Counted from the first letter of the stretch, positions 25,844 to 37,614 are shown. The stretch is 64,000 bases of DNA from Candidatus Tenderia sp. (GCA_031416075.1 JANOSY010000047.1:1-64000), one strand, 5' to 3'. Notes: generated by a model from the sequence alone, not told the origin. Translations and numbers: made by a program.

Positions 25844-26350
25844 ATGAACATGAAAAACAGACAACAGGGGGTCGTTCTCATTATCAGTCTGTTGATTCTG
25901 ATGGTGATGACACTCATCGGTATCTCCGCCATCTCAAACACCAGCATGGAGGAGCGTATGTCAAGCAACTTCCAGCAATCCATGGTGGCGTTTCAGGCAT
26001 CCGAGTCAACCATTCAGAACGTGTTGATTGTAGGGAATCCAGGGGGTACGGGGGCTGCCAGCAACCCCTTTTATGTCGCCGCCAGCGACCCATTGGTCAT
26101 CGCCATGGGCACCGGACTAAATACCACCACCACCACGGTGACTAAAAACATGGATCCCCTCAGCAAACTCAAAACCCCGCTGAGCACAACGGCCTCGGTC
26201 AGTTACCAGGGGGTATCTCAGCTCTGCCCAGGGTACGGCGCGGGGGTCAACTGTCTGAAATTTGAAGTCAATGCCAAAACAACCCTGGATGGCACTGACA
26301 CCGGTCCAAACCATGTGCAGGGGCTGGAACGCCCTGCCCCAGGCATATAA
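25844..26350 (+). CDS. pilX: Type IV pilus minor pilin PilX
   Basis: QQG|VVLIISL lacking Glu5, EERMSSN, AFQASE; AGGAG RBS. Confidence 0.9.
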   Translation: MNMKNRQQGVVLIISLLILMVMTLIGISAISNTSMEERMSSNFQQSMVAFQASESTIQNVLIVGNPGGTGAASNPFYVAASDPLVIAMGTGLNTTTTTVTKNMDPLSKLKTPLSTTASVSYQGVSQLCPGYGAGVNCLKFEVNAKTTLDGTDTGPNHVQGLERPAPGI

Positions 26351-26379
26351 CCCTATTTTTACTATTGAGGAGACCCGCC

Positions 26380-26709
26380 ATGAGATCACCCGTTGCCCGA
26401 ATAACAGCCAGTCTATTGCTCACTGGCGGGCTGTTTTTATCACAATCGATCCACGCTGAATTCATCGCCGTGGAAAAAGAGGTTGAAGCCGACCATGTGC
26501 GCATCCTCTTCACTGAGGGGGTAGAGATCGGCAAGGCTCAGGTCAATGGCTGCAAAGCATGCCCACTGCACCTGGATATCGATGGCCAGACACGGTTTTT
26601 TCAGAATGGCCGCGAGATAGAGCGCCGCAAAGTCAACGCCCTATCGGGCAAATCGGCCACCGTTATTTACAGCATGGATGGCAAACAGGCACTCCGGATA
26701 CGTTGGTAA
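26380..26709 (+). CDS. Small exported hypothetical protein with CxxC, inside the minor pilin operon
   Basis: GAGGAG RBS; signal peptide ending SIHA|E; GCKACP; beta-rich pattern. Confidence 0.75.
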   Translation: MRSPVARITASLLLTGGLFLSQSIHAEFIAVEKEVEADHVRILFTEGVEIGKAQVNGCKACPLHLDIDGQTRFFQNGREIERRKVNALSGKSATVIYSMDGKQALRIRW

Positions 26710-26742
26710 CAACGGACCTTAAACAGGCATGCGAGGCAGATC

Positions 26743-29700
26743 ATGAAAACAGCAGCACAACACTATAAAGTTCTCGGCTTGATATTTAGCGCTATATTCA
26801 TGGCCAGCCCGCCTGTCACCGCTGAAGATACCGAGGTCTACCTGGGGGCGAGCAATACCCCGTCAGTAGTACGACCCAATCTGACATTCATTATCGATAC
26901 CTCTGGCAGTATGGATGCAAATGTCACCAGCACCACCAGCAACGGCTCATACAACCCCGCCACCACCTATACCGGCAGCTGTAGCAGCAGCAGCACCTAC
27001 TGGAGCAATAGCGGTACACCGCCCAGCTGTAGCACCGATCAGTACATCAACACCAGTGCCAATAAATGTAATAACTCCTCGGCTGCCCTTAGCAGCGGTG
27101 GCAGCGGCTTTTATGTGGGCAAACTGGCGCGTTATCGCAGTCGCAGTGGTGGCGACCGCTGGGAATCTTTAAATACTTCATCAAAAAGCAATCCGGTTGA
27201 GTGCCAGGCTGACTGGGGCGTCCATGGGGATACCAATGCCAGCAATACTTACCCGGCGGATGCAAACAGTGGCGGCCCCTGGCGCACCAATACCAGTGGG
27301 GCCATCAGCTGGAACAGCACGGGGGACACCTACACACTCTACAGCGCCAACTACCTCAACTGGCGTGCCAGCTCCACCACCACTGTGACTAAAACCCGCC
27401 TGCAGATTGTTAAGGAGGTCTTCAGCACCCTGATGGATAGCATCTCCAACGTCAACGTTGCGGTCATCCGTTACGACGACAAGAGCCAGGACTTAAACAA
27501 AGGCGGCTACTTTGTCATGCCGATGCAAGAGTTAACCTCCGCCAACCGCGCAACCTATAAAACCACCGTTAATAACTTTATCGCCAGCGGTTACACTCCG
27601 TTATCAGAGACCTTGTACGAATCCTACCTCTACTATCGTGGTGACAACGTAAAATTTGGTAACAGCACCACACCCGGTACCAACGTCTCTGGGGTATTAA
27701 CCCCCGGCAATACCGCAAAATACAAAAGCCCAATTGAGTACCAGTGCCAGAAAAACTTCACCATCCTGCTTACCGATGGTGACCCTACTTACGATACCGA
27801 TGCTGATTCATCCATCAAAGCGCTGCCCGGTTTCTCTACCGTCACTGGCTCCACCACCTGCAACGGCAACTGCCTTGATGAACTGGCCCAATATATGTTC
27901 AGCCAGGATTGCAGCTCAGTACATGCTGACAAACAGAACGTCATCACCTATACCATCGGCTTTACACTGGATCTGCCGCTACTGCGTGACGCCGCAACCA
28001 AAGGCGGCGGCAAGTACTACACCGCTAACGATACGGCCGGTTTAACCGATGCCTTTACCTCAATCCTGACCGAGATATTGGCGATCAATACCACCTTTAT
28101 TGCCCCGGCGGTCTCTGTGAATGCCTTTAACCGCTTCACCCACCGGGACGAGCTCTACTACGCACTGTTCCGCCCCAACGCCCGACCAAAATGGGATGGT
28201 AACGTCAAACGGTTCAAACTGGCGGGCAGCCCACCGGCCATCGTCGACAAAAATGGTGTTGCCGCCATTGATGCAACAACCGGCTTTTTTAAAACCTCCG
28301 TCACCAGCTTCTGGACCGCTGATGCCGACGCCCCCGACGGCGACGAAGTGAGAAAAGGGGGTGCTGCCAGTAAATTAACTCTGCCACGCACTATATATAC
28401 CTACACCGGTGCCGCAGCCGCCAACAACGAGTTATTAACTTCCGCTGGCAACAAGCTGCATGAAGATAATGCCGCCGTTACAGCCACCATGCTGGGCAAC
28501 GCCAGCATGGTGGCCGCTGACCGCACATCACTGCTGCAATGGGCACGTGGTGTTGATCTGTTTGACGACGACTCTGACACCCTCACCAACGACATTCGTC
28601 GCCACATGGGCGATCCACTGCACAGCAAACCACTGCTGGTCACCTACGGCGGTACCAATGCCGCGCCTGACATGACACTCTACGTGGGCACCAATGAGGG
28701 ATATCTGCACGCCATCAATACAACCACCGGCAGTGAGCTCTTCTCCTTTGTTCCACAAGAGCTGTTACCCAACATGCAGCTACGCTTTGACGACTCCGCC
28801 TCAACCCCACACCCCTATGGTCTGGACGGTCCATTAACAATGTGGTTTAACGATGTCAACGGCAATGGCCTGCTGTTTAACGCCAGTAACGTGCTGGACT
28901 CAGGTGAACATGTCTACCTCTATCAAGGTATGCGTCGTGGCGGTAAAAACTACTACGCACTTGATGTCACCAGCCGTACCGCACCTAAACTCAAATGGGT
29001 GATCAAGGGTGGCAATGGTGACTTCAGCGAACTGGCACAGACCTGGTCTGCGGCCACCAAATCCAAAATCAAGCTCAACGGCGTTGACAAAAACGTACTG
29101 ATCTTTGGCGGTGGTTACGACACCGCCCAGGACAGCAACGCCACCGCCCAGAACGATACCACCGGCCGTGCCATCTTTATGGTTGATGCAGAGACCGGGG
29201 CCAAGCTCTGGCAGGCTGGCCCTGCTGGCTCGGCCAATGGCAGCAACCCCAACCTGCTGCTCGCTGGCATGACCAACAGTATTCCTGCCGATGTCAGTGT
29301 GCTGGATACCGATGGTGATGGTTACGCTGACCGCATGTACGCGGCCGACATGCGTGGACAACTCTGGAGATTTGACATTAAAAAGGGCAACACCGGGGCC
29401 GCTAGCCTGGCAACAGGTGGCATCATCGCCAAGCTGGGGGATACAACCGCCGCCGGTAACCGTCGTTTCTACTACGCGCCGGATGTCTCTTTGGCAAAAG
29501 ATCTGAGCCAGCTCAATATCGCCATCGGTTCGGGATATCGCGAACACCCACTCGATACCACCATCCGTGACGCCTTCTTTGTCATGGCCGACAAAAACAT
29601 CTACGGACCGGCGCTCGATAACAGCGGCAACCCCGTCTATACCTCCATCACCATGAGTGACCTGTATGACGCTACCAGCAATGTCATTGGCCAGGGCACC

Positions 29701-30132
29701 CAGGTGGAGATAACCGCAGCACAAACAGCACTAGCCGGTAAGAAGGGATGGTTTATATGGTTGAACGAGTCTGGTGGCAGCTTTATCGGTGAGAAGGTAC
29801 TTGCCAAATCACTCACCTTTTCAGACATGCTGATGTTCACCACCTATACCCCCATTGCCGCCAATACCGGGGCCTGTTCACCCAGTCAGGGCCGGGCACT
29901 CACCTACCTGGTCAACATCAAGGATGGAACGGCCATCTATGACTTCAATAAGTCAGGTGGCACCATATTGACTCAGGAAGATAGAAGGATGAACTTGATA
30001 CGTGGAGGTATCCCACCTGAACCATCACTGCTGTTCCATGAGAATGGTCCTGTGATACTCATCGGTACCGAAAAAGCACCCGATCTGCAACTCCTGTTAA
30101 CACCCAGGAAGACCTACTGGAAAACCAAGTAG
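26743..30132 (+). CDS. pilY1: Type IV pilus tip adhesin PilY1 (vWA + beta-propeller)
   Basis: Signal peptide; vWA MIDAS DTSGS, TPLSE, LTDGDP; [31 protein letters not shown]; Ca-loop DTDGDGYAD. Confidence 0.95.
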   Translation: MKTAAQHYKVLGLIFSAIFMASPPVTAEDTEVYLGASNTPSVVRPNLTFIIDTSGSMDANVTSTTSNGSYNPATTYTGSCSSSSTYWSNSGTPPSCSTDQYINTSANKCNNSSAALSSGGSGFYVGKLARYRSRSGGDRWESLNTSSKSNPVECQADWGVHGDTNASNTYPADANSGGPWRTNTSGAISWNSTGDTYTLYSANYLNWRASSTTTVTKTRLQIVKEVFSTLMDSISNVNVAVIRYDDKSQDLNKGGYFVMPMQELTSANRATYKTTVNNFIASGYTPLSETLYESYLYYRGDNVKFGNSTTPGTNVSGVLTPGNTAKYKSPIEYQCQKNFTILLTDGDPTYDTDADSSIKALPGFSTVTGSTTCNGNCLDELAQYMFSQDCSSVHADKQNVITYTIGFTLDLPLLRDAATKGGGKYYTANDTAGLTDAFTSILTEILAINTTFIAPAVSVNAFNRFTHRDELYYALFRPNARPKWDGNVKRFKLAGSPPAIVDKNGVAAIDATTGFFKTSVTSFWTADADAPDGDEVRKGGAASKLTLPRTIYTYTGAAAANNELLTSAGNKLHEDNAAVTATMLGNASMVAADRTSLLQWARGVDLFDDDSDTLTNDIRRHMGDPLHSKPLLVTYGGTNAAPDMTLYVGTNEGYLHAINTTTGSELFSFVPQELLPNMQLRFDDSASTPHPYGLDGPLTMWFNDVNGNGLLFNASNVLDSGEHVYLYQGMRRGGKNYYALDVTSRTAPKLKWVIKGGNGDFSELAQTWSAATKSKIKLNGVDKNVLIFGGGYDTAQDSNATAQNDTTGRAIFMVDAETGAKLWQAGPAGSANGSNPNLLLAGMTNSIPADVSVLDTDGDGYADRMYAADMRGQLWRFDIKKGNTGAASLATGGIIAKLGDTTAAGNRRFYYAPDVSLAKDLSQLNIAIGSGYREHPLDTTIRDAFFVMADKNIYGPALDNSGNPVYTSITMSDLYDATSNVIGQGTQVEITAAQTALAGKKGWFIWLNESGGSFIGEKVLAKSLTFSDMLMFTTYTPIAANTGACSPSQGRALTYLVNIKDGTAIYDFNKSGGTILTQEDRRMNLIRGGIPPEPSLLFHENGPVILIGTEKAPDLQLLLTPRKTYWKTK

Positions 30133-30164
30133 TGGCATGCCAGTTACACACAGGAGAGAGAGCC

Positions 30165-30629
30165 GTGAATAGAAGCGCAAAAGGATTTACCCTGATTGAA
30201 CTGATGATTACGGTTGCGATTGTCGCCATTCTGGCATCGATCGCCTACCCCGCCTATCAGGATCAGGTGCGCTCATCACGGCGCAGCGATGCACAGGGTG
30301 TACTCACCAGTTTTGCCCTGGCGATGGAACGCTTTTACACCTCTAACAATACCTACCTGGGTGCCGCTGGCACCCAGCTGGTCCCAGCCAATAGTGGATC
30401 ACCCTGGATATTTGCCACAGAGGCACCGTTAGATGGTGCTACCAAATATTACAACCTCACCATCAAAACGGGGGCAACCAAAACCACCTACACCCTGGTG
30501 GCCACACCCAAGGGGGCACAAGCTGACAATGGAAATATGGAACTGGATAGCACCGGGGCCAAACGTTGGGACCGTGATAACAACGGCAGTTTTGGCGCAT
30601 CTGAGGCGTGCTGGAACAAGAGTTGTTAA
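30165..30629 (+). CDS. pilE: Type IV pilus minor pilin PilE
   Basis: KG|[35 protein letters not shown]; GTG start with AGGAG upstream. Confidence 0.93.
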   Translation: MNRSAKGFTLIELMITVAIVAILASIAYPAYQDQVRSSRRSDAQGVLTSFALAMERFYTSNNTYLGAAGTQLVPANSGSPWIFATEAPLDGATKYYNLTIKTGATKTTYTLVATPKGAQADNGNMELDSTGAKRWDRDNNGSFGASEACWNKSC

Positions 30630-30654
30630 ACGGTTACCGAAACAGCCGTGCCAG

Positions 30655-31113
30655 TCAAACCGCTGGCCCGGCCCCGGCCACACGGCGTAACTTTGAGGTA
30701 AGGCGGCGAAATGAGGTCTCATCAATACTGTCGGGCATCACCACCACGGGCAACATCCAACGGCCCGACTCCATTTTGAAATTGAGCACAATCAACCAGG
30801 GGGTTACAAAACTGCTGCCCAATAACGTGGCATCTACCCCCTCCCCTTGGCTACGCTGCAACTGCCACAGCTCGCCGCCATCCCATCTCAGCGCTGTAAC
30901 TGCCCGGCTACCCTGCATAAACAGATGACGACGTAACTGAAAGAAGAGGTTGACACCTACCACCACCGTTGCCATCAACGTCAACCACCCTGGCAACACA
31001 AACAGAAACAACCAGACCAGCGCCCCACCGTGCATAAGGCTGAGGATGGCGGCCAGCTGTAACGAACCCTGTAAGGTGACGCTAAACGGCGTTGCGAATC
31101 TTGCTGATGACAT
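30655..31113 (-). CDS. ygfX: YgfX/CptA-family membrane protein
   Basis: Two N-terminal TMs; PDS..SFRRL motif; overlaps sdhE 3' end. Start uncertain. Confidence 0.8.
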   Translation of the reverse strand: MSSARFATPFSVTLQGSLQLAAILSLMHGGALVWLFLFVLPGWLTLMATVVVGVNLFFQLRRHLFMQGSRAVTALRWDGGELWQLQRSQGEGVDATLLGSSFVTPWLIVLNFKMESGRWMLPVVVMPDSIDETSFRRLTSKLRRVAGAGPAV

Positions 31114-31327
31114 GGTTGAGTGATGCATCCTCAGGGGGGCGTTGCTGCATCAGGTACTCCAACAAATCCTGATCCTCAAGATCTAGCAAGGTGTGAAACT
31201 GTAGCTTCTCCGCCGCCGTCAAAACCGGGTACCCCAGTTCAACAAAGGGTAGCAGCAGCAGATCAAGCTCCAGCATACCGCGCCGACAGCGCCATTTCAG
31301 GCGTGCGTATTCGTTATCTTCACTCAT
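31082..31327 (-). CDS. sdhE: FAD assembly factor SdhE
   Basis: LKWRCRRGMLELD signature. Confidence 0.96.
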   Translation of the reverse strand: MSEDNEYARLKWRCRRGMLELDLLLLPFVELGYPVLTAAEKLQFHTLLDLEDQDLLEYLMQQRPPEDASLNHVISKIRNAV

Positions 31328-31329
31328 GG

Positions 31330-32022
31330 TCAGGTATTGTGCTTGAGCAGGATAGTCTTGATCTCACCAATCGCTTTGGTGGGATTGAGCCCTTTAGGGC
31401 AGACGTTGGTACAGTTCATAATAGTGTGGCAACGAAACAGACGATACGGCCCTTCAAGCTCATCCAGGCGCTGTGCTGTGGCCTGATCACGGCTATCGGC
31501 TATAAAACGATAAGCCTGCAGCAGTGCCGCAGGGCCACGGAATTTATCTGGATTCCACCAGAACGACGGACACGCCGTTGAGCAACAGCCACAGAGAATA
31601 CACTCATACAGACCATCCAGCTTCTCACGCTCTTCTGGCGATTGTAGATACTCAATCTCCGGCTCCGGGTCGTGAACGGTGAGGTAAGGTTTAACCGCCC
31701 GATACTGATGGTAGAACTGGGTCATGTCAACTACAAGATCACGAATCACTGGTCGGCCCGGCAGTGGGTGTACCTCCACCGGCTCTTTTAACGTGGCCAC
31801 CGGCGTAATACACGCCAGCCCGTTGGTGCCGTTGATGTTAACCGCGTCAGAGCCACAGACCCCTTCACCACACGAATGGCGGAACGAGAAACTCTCATCC
31901 ACCGATTTAATCTTGAGCAAGGCATCTCGCAACATCATGCCCGGCGTCACCTCAATATCGTACGTCTGCATATGAGGTTTATCGTCAGACTCCGGGTTAT
32001 AACGGTAGATAGAAAAACGCAT
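31330..32022 (-). CDS. sdhB: Succinate dehydrogenase iron-sulfur subunit
   Basis: SCGEGVCGSD, CILCGCCSTACP, CHTIMNCTNVCPKGL. Confidence 0.98.
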   Translation of the reverse strand: MRFSIYRYNPESDDKPHMQTYDIEVTPGMMLRDALLKIKSVDESFSFRHSCGEGVCGSDAVNINGTNGLACITPVATLKEPVEVHPLPGRPVIRDLVVDMTQFYHQYRAVKPYLTVHDPEPEIEYLQSPEEREKLDGLYECILCGCCSTACPSFWWNPDKFRGPAALLQAYRFIADSRDQATAQRLDELEGPYRLFRCHTIMNCTNVCPKGLNPTKAIGEIKTILLKHNT

Positions 32023-32034
32023 CTCTGATCCCCT

Positions 32035-33825
32035 TTAATAAACACGCGCCTTGGGCGGAAACGAGTCAACGGTAAGCGGTTTCATTCGCACTGGTTTGTA
32101 ATCCAACTTACGCCCCTCTTTAAAAAAGAGGGTATGTTTGAGCCACTGCTCATCATTACGTTCCGGATAGTCGATACGCGAATGTGCACCACGGCTCTCT
32201 TTACGTGCATAGGCCGAGACCACCGTGGCAATCGCCACATCCATCAGGTTTTCCAGCTCAAGGGCCTCAATGCGAGCCGTATTAAAGACTTTGCTGTGAT
32301 CTTTGAGGTAGACGTTTTTCAATCGCGCCTCCAGCTCCACCATCTTCTGTACCCCTTCCGCCAGAATCTCCTCAGTGCGGAAAACACCACAGTAAAACTC
32401 CATCGTCTTTTTAAGCTCCGCACGCAGCTGCATAACAGACTCACCTTCACCCTTCTGGTCCCAGCGGGCAAGTCGTGCCATCGCTTTGTCGACCCCATCA
32501 CCACTCAAAGGGCGGTGGTAACGATTCTCTTTCATCGTCTCAATAATATGATTGCCCGCTGCGCGGCCAAAGACCACAATATCCAGCAGCGAATTTCCCC
32601 CCAAACGGTTGGCACCATGTACTGATACACAGGCACACTCGCCCACTGCGTACAATCCGGGCATCACCTCCTCCGCTGTATTGCCCAGTGGTGCCACCAC
32701 CTGACCAAACCGGTTGGTAGGAATTCCACCCATGGTGTAGTGGGCGGTTGGATAGATCGGAATCGGTTCGTTCACCGGGTCCATATGCAGGAACGTTTGA
32801 ATGGTGGAGCGGATACCGGGCAGGCGCTTGTTGATCACCTCTGGCCCAAGGTGATCAAGTTTCAGCAGCACATGGTCAGCCTCTGGACCACAACCACGCC
32901 CCTCTTTCACCTCGGTATAGATAGCACGGCTCACCACATCACGGCTTGCCAGGTCTTTAGCATTCGGGGCGTAACGCTCCATAAAACGCTCGCCATCCTT
33001 ATTGAGCAGATACCCCCCCTCGCCACGCGCCCCTTCCGTAATCAACATGCCCTTACCCGCAATGCCGGTCGGATGAAACTGAAAAAACTCCATATCCTGC
33101 AGCGGAATCCCGGCCCGCAGCGCCATGGCCATACCATCACCTGTATTAATATGGGCGTTGGTATTAGTGCGAAAGATCTGCCCCGCCCCGCCTGTCGCCA
33201 ACATAGTTGCCTTGGCCTCAATAATCAACGGCTCTCCCGTCTCAATCTCTATCACCAACGCACCCAAGATGTAGCCATCATCATCACGAATCAGGTCAAT
33301 GGCGAAGTACTCATCAAAGAAGTGGGTCTTGGCACGGATATTTTGTTGATAAAGCGAATGGAGAATGGCGTGGCCGGTACGGTCCGCCGCCGCACAGGTA
33401 CGCGCCGCCTGCGCCCCACCAAAGTTCTGGCTCTGACCACCAAAGGGGCGTTGATAGATCTTGCCATTATCCAGACGCGAAAACGGCACACCGGCATGTT
33501 CAAGCTCCACCACCAACCGTGGCGCAGCGCGGCACATATACTCCACCGCATCCTGATCGGCCAGATAGTCACTGCCCTTGATCGTATCAAACATGTGCCA
33601 ATGCCAGTTGTCCGGCAATACATTCGCCAGCGCGGCATTCATTCCTCCCTGTGCTGCCACGGTATGTGACCGTGTTGGAAAAACTTTTGAGACCACTGCC
33701 ACATGGGCATCCGCCTGCGCCAGTTGTAACGCCGCACGCAGACCACCACCGCCCGCACCAATTACCAACGCATCAAAGCGACGCACCGGAATAGAGGTTC
33801 CATTTTTTGTTGAAGCTGCGCTCAT
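32035..33825 (-). CDS. sdhA: Succinate dehydrogenase flavoprotein subunit
   Basis: [39 protein letters not shown]; ATGA overlap with sdhD. Confidence 0.99.
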   Translation of the reverse strand: MSAASTKNGTSIPVRRFDALVIGAGGGGLRAALQLAQADAHVAVVSKVFPTRSHTVAAQGGMNAALANVLPDNWHWHMFDTIKGSDYLADQDAVEYMCRAAPRLVVELEHAGVPFSRLDNGKIYQRPFGGQSQNFGGAQAARTCAAADRTGHAILHSLYQQNIRAKTHFFDEYFAIDLIRDDDGYILGALVIEIETGEPLIIEAKATMLATGGAGQIFRTNTNAHINTGDGMAMALRAGIPLQDMEFFQFHPTGIAGKGMLITEGARGEGGYLLNKDGERFMERYAPNAKDLASRDVVSRAIYTEVKEGRGCGPEADHVLLKLDHLGPEVINKRLPGIRSTIQTFLHMDPVNEPIPIYPTAHYTMGGIPTNRFGQVVAPLGNTAEEVMPGLYAVGECACVSVHGANRLGGNSLLDIVVFGRAAGNHIIETMKENRYHRPLSGDGVDKAMARLARWDQKGEGESVMQLRAELKKTMEFYCGVFRTEEILAEGVQKMVELEARLKNVYLKDHSKVFNTARIEALELENLMDVAIATVVSAYARKESRGAHSRIDYPERNDEQWLKHTLFFKEGRKLDYKPVRMKPLTVDSFPPKARVY

Positions 33826-34160
33826 GCGCCCCCCGTTAATAGTATACGAACCACCCACAGCGCCATCACGACCATGCCTATGGCCAAAAGATTCAGCAGC
33901 ACCAACCGCAGGACAAAGGGTTTGATGTAATCAAGAAACACATCCCGCAAACCGACCCAGGCGTGGCCCAGTAACGCCAAAAAAAACAGCGTCGTGGCTA
34001 ACGCCATGGGGGTGGAACGCATCCACACCTGCCACTCTTCATAGCTCTCGGATGGTGCAATCAATAGTGCCGCAATAAAGTAAACAAAAAACACGGCCAT
34101 GTAGACCGCAGTGAACCGTTGCAATAACCAAGACTTCATTCCACTCGCCTTCCAGCTCAT
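33822..34160 (-). CDS. sdhD: Succinate dehydrogenase hydrophobic anchor
   Basis: [18 protein letters not shown]. Confidence 0.95.
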   Translation of the reverse strand: MSWKASGMKSWLLQRFTAVYMAVFFVYFIAALLIAPSESYEEWQVWMRSTPMALATTLFFLALLGHAWVGLRDVFLDYIKPFVLRLVLLNLLAIGMVVMALWVVRILLTGGA

Positions 34161-34543
34161 AAGATCACAATCAAGGCGATCACCACCCCAACCACACCGC
34201 AGCCAATCGCCATTCCTGCAGTACGGCGCGCCGTGACCAGATCAACGCCCCAGTCAATATCGATAAACAGAAAACGGATCCCGGCAAAAAAGTGGTGTGC
34301 CCCTGCCCACGCTAACAGTAGCAGCAACAGTTTCATCAATGGGTGATCGTAGAGAGTGACAACCTGCTGGTACTGCTGAGGCCCCTGTAGCGCGGTGTCC
34401 AGTGTCCAGATCATCAAGGGGATCGCTATGAACAGTAATACACCTGAAATACGGTGGCCAATGGATGCCAGCGCGGTGATCGGCTGGCGGATTTTCAGCA
34501 GGTTAAGATAGACCGGCCTCGACACAGTTTTCTTATTATCCAT
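34157..34543 (-). CDS. sdhC: Succinate dehydrogenase cytochrome b556 subunit
   Basis: RPVYLNL, SIGHRISG, HHFFAGIR. Confidence 0.95.
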   Translation of the reverse strand: MDNKKTVSRPVYLNLLKIRQPITALASIGHRISGVLLFIAIPLMIWTLDTALQGPQQYQQVVTLYDHPLMKLLLLLLAWAGAHHFFAGIRFLFIDIDWGVDLVTARRTAGMAIGCGVVGVVIALIVIL

Positions 34544-34651
34544 AGGCTCGCTTAATAAAAGTAGTGTCCCGATAGTAGTCCAATTGTTACCTATACGCCA
34601 ATAGTCGGTTATTATCTGAATAACTTAAGTAACTATAGAGAAGCAGATACC

Positions 34652-35608
34652 ATGCCCACACTTATCGACCAGATCATTGTTACCGTGACCGACACCGCAT
34701 TAATCAAGGTTGAGGGGGCGGACAGCCACACCTTTCTCCACAACCAGTTCACCAACGATCTACGCATGGTCAATGACCAGACCAGCCAACTGAGCAGTTA
34801 TTGCAGCCCCAAAGGGCGCATGCTCGCCCTGTTTCGTATCTACAAACAGAATGACGCCTACTACATGGTGATGCCCAAGAGCATCGTTGAGGCCACCATC
34901 AAACGGCTGCGCATGTTTGTCCTCATGTCCAAAGTGACCTTCACCGACATCACTCATGAGACCACCCACCTTGGACTCTCTGGCCCACAGAGCAGCGAAA
35001 TACTGCACGCAGTGGTGAGTAATCTGGCCACTGAGATCGATAGTATCAGCCAACATAACAACATCACCATCATCCGTACTCCAGGGCCACAGCCACGTTT
35101 TGATCTGTTTGGTCCTGTCGAATCAATATCCGCGTTGAAACAGGCGCTCACCGACAAAGCCCGCGAAGCAGACACCGCCCTGTGGAATCTACTCGACATT
35201 CATGCCGGTATTCCCACTATCCAGCCAGAAACGGTTGACGCCTTTGTGCCCCAGATGGTCAACCTGCAGGCGATCAACGCCCTCAATTTCAAAAAAGGGT
35301 GCTACCCAGGCCAAGAGATCGTTGCACGTATGCACTACCTCGGTAAGCCCAAACGCCAGATGTACCTGGCCCATGTGGAGAGCGATATACTGCTTGCGCC
35401 TGGGGCAAGCCTCTATGGCCCAGACAATGAACAAGGCAGCGAACATAAAAGTGGCACCGTTGTCAGCGCTCAGGCCAATCCACAAGGTGGCTGTGACTTA
35501 CTCGCCGTACTTGAAATAGCGTCAGCAGAAAATAGTGTGATTCATGTTGAAAGTGCCAGCGGCCCAGCCATTACACTGCTGCCACTACCCTACTCAATAA
35601 ACGCTTGA
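34652..35608 (+). CDS. ygfZ: Folate-binding Fe-S/tRNA-modification protein YgfZ
   Basis: PKGRM and KGCYPGQEIVAR signature. Confidence 0.96.
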   Translation: MPTLIDQIIVTVTDTALIKVEGADSHTFLHNQFTNDLRMVNDQTSQLSSYCSPKGRMLALFRIYKQNDAYYMVMPKSIVEATIKRLRMFVLMSKVTFTDITHETTHLGLSGPQSSEILHAVVSNLATEIDSISQHNNITIIRTPGPQPRFDLFGPVESISALKQALTDKAREADTALWNLLDIHAGIPTIQPETVDAFVPQMVNLQAINALNFKKGCYPGQEIVARMHYLGKPKRQMYLAHVESDILLAPGASLYGPDNEQGSEHKSGTVVSAQANPQGGCDLLAVLEIASAENSVIHVESASGPAITLLPLPYSINA

Positions 35609-35666
35609 GTTCCTATTATGTGCGCCGATAGTTAAAACAAATTAACAAACCCATGAGTCTGGCACA

Positions 35667-36512
35667 GTGAAATCAGAAGAGAAGTTTGTTGCCACACTAC
35701 TGGATGATATTGCCAAAGGGAAACTCGTGCTGCCCTCACTGCCAGAGGTGGCCTATAAAATACGCAAAATGGTGGATGATCCAAGAGTCAGTTCTGACAA
35801 ACTCGCCAGATTAATCGGCACCGATGCAGCACTGTCAGCCCGTCTCATTCAGGTGGCCAACAGCCCTTTCTTTCGTGGCCTGAACACCGTTGAGAATGTA
35901 CGCACCGCTGTCACCCGTCTGGGCGGTGTCTGCGTCCGTAACGTTATCTCCAGTCTGGTAATGAGCCAGCTATATCGGGCCAAAGAGATAACACCGATCA
36001 AAAAAGAGCTACACAGCTTGTGGGTACATGGCGCAAAAGTGGCCGCCATTAGCCATGTGCTAGCCAAGCGTTATACCCAGCTGAATGCCGATGAGGCAAT
36101 GCTGGCAGGGCTGATACACGATATCGGCTCCCTACCTATTCTCAAGCGTGCCCTCGACTTTCCTGACATATTGGCCGATAAAGAGGCATTACAGCGGGTA
36201 ATTGGTTACATGCACACTGACATTGGTAAATTGATACTTGAGGATTGGCACTTCCCTGCTGAGTTGCTGACTGTTGCAGCAGAGCACGAGAACCTGGAGC
36301 GGGATGCAAACCCTATCGCTGACTATACGGACATTGTTATCATCGCCAACCTTCATAGCCACATCGGCAAGGCAAATAACAAATATGCCACCACCGATTG
36401 GAATAAAGTCCCCGCCTTCGCCAAACTGGGACTGACACCAGAACAGAGTATCGCCACTATGACAGAGGCACAAAAAGAGATCGCAGAAGTGCAAAAATTG
36501 TTCACCGCATAA
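35667..36512 (+). CDS. HDOD-domain protein (copy 1)
   Basis: LPSLPEVA, DAALSARLIQVANS, AVTRLG, GLIHDIG, WHFP. Confidence 0.92.
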   Translation: MKSEEKFVATLLDDIAKGKLVLPSLPEVAYKIRKMVDDPRVSSDKLARLIGTDAALSARLIQVANSPFFRGLNTVENVRTAVTRLGGVCVRNVISSLVMSQLYRAKEITPIKKELHSLWVHGAKVAAISHVLAKRYTQLNADEAMLAGLIHDIGSLPILKRALDFPDILADKEALQRVIGYMHTDIGKLILEDWHFPAELLTVAAEHENLERDANPIADYTDIVIIANLHSHIGKANNKYATTDWNKVPAFAKLGLTPEQSIATMTEAQKEIAEVQKLFTA

Positions 36513-36551
36513 CCACACAACAAAATTTACTTTCAACTAGAGGGCCACGTT

Positions 36552-37394
36552 GTGTCATTGGAAACTGAGCTACTGACAAAATTTCTCGACGACATCAATC
36601 ACAGCCGCGTCACATTACCGATGCTGCCTGAGATTGCCATGAAAGTGCGTGAGGTCATTGAAAATCCCAATACCAGTGCTGCCAAAATCACGATCACCAT
36701 CAGCGCCGATCCCGCGCTCTCAACACGGCTGCTGCAAGTTGCAAACAGCTCGCTCTATCGCGGAAACGTCCCCATTGAGAACTTACAAAGTGCTGTCACC
36801 CGACTGGGCAGCACCGTCGTACGCAACATTGTCACTGGTATTGTCATGGAACAGCTATATCAGCCTGCCAAAAATGCCATGCTCAATCGCAAATTAAAAG
36901 CGCTCTGGCTACACAGCACCAAGGTTGCCGCCATTAGCCATGTCATGGCTCGAAAATATACAAAACTGAAACCAGACCAGGCCATGCTCGGCGGACTAAT
37001 TCACGACATAGGCACTATTCCAGTTCTCTCAGAGGCCTCCAATATAGAGGCGTTAAGAGAAGATGAGGCGTTACTCAATAGCGTTGTTCACAAACTCCAC
37101 AACTTAATCGGTACGGCTATCCTCGATGTGTGGAATTTTCCACAAGAGCTAATAGAGGTCGTCTCAGAACATGAAGATCTGCAACGCAACTCGGGCGGTG
37201 GTGTCGATTATGTAGATATTGTCACCGTCGCCAACATACTCAGTCACATTAACACACCTCATCATCTTGCCCAAAAAGAGTGGTCCGACATACCCGCTTT
37301 CAAAAAACTCGGATTGACACCGGAACAGAGCATTGCAGCCCTAGAAGAGGCGCAGGAAGAGGTGTCACTTATCCAAGGGATGTTCAGCAGTTAA
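36552..37394 (+). CDS. HDOD-domain protein (copy 2)
   Basis: LPMLPEIA, DPALSTRLLQVANS, GLIHDIG, WNFP; colinear paralog of the preceding ORF. Confidence 0.92.
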   Translation: MSLETELLTKFLDDINHSRVTLPMLPEIAMKVREVIENPNTSAAKITITISADPALSTRLLQVANSSLYRGNVPIENLQSAVTRLGSTVVRNIVTGIVMEQLYQPAKNAMLNRKLKALWLHSTKVAAISHVMARKYTKLKPDQAMLGGLIHDIGTIPVLSEASNIEALREDEALLNSVVHKLHNLIGTAILDVWNFPQELIEVVSEHEDLQRNSGGGVDYVDIVTVANILSHINTPHHLAQKEWSDIPAFKKLGLTPEQSIAALEEAQEEVSLIQGMFSS

Positions 37395-37614
37395 GCGCCA
37401 CAATAAAAAGAGGGACTGTTTTGAGGCTTGATACATCCCTGCAACAAATAGTGATAAATCGCTATCCTTCACACACTCACGCTCAGGACGCTACTCCTGC
37501 AGTACAATGGTCGACATCAGAATCAATAATAGCGCCAACAGAGCAACAGCAGATTAACAGGCAAATCGTGGCTACTGTTTCTAAAACGCCCCATGCAGAT
37601 ACCCAGATCGAAAT

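Noticed and set aside
27637-27645. RGD tripeptide in PilY1
   Set aside because: A 3-residue motif is plausible by chance in 1129 aa; exposure and integrin binding cannot be judged.
28900-29724. 274-aa minus-strand ORF
   Set aside because: Antisense shadow of pilY1.
30655-31327. CptA/CptB toxin-antitoxin pair
   Set aside because: CptB is SdhE, the SdhA flavinylation factor, and here the pair sits in the sdh operon; nothing in the sequence supports TA function.
32740-33669. 309-aa plus-strand ORF
   Set aside because: Antisense shadow of sdhA with no recognisable motifs.
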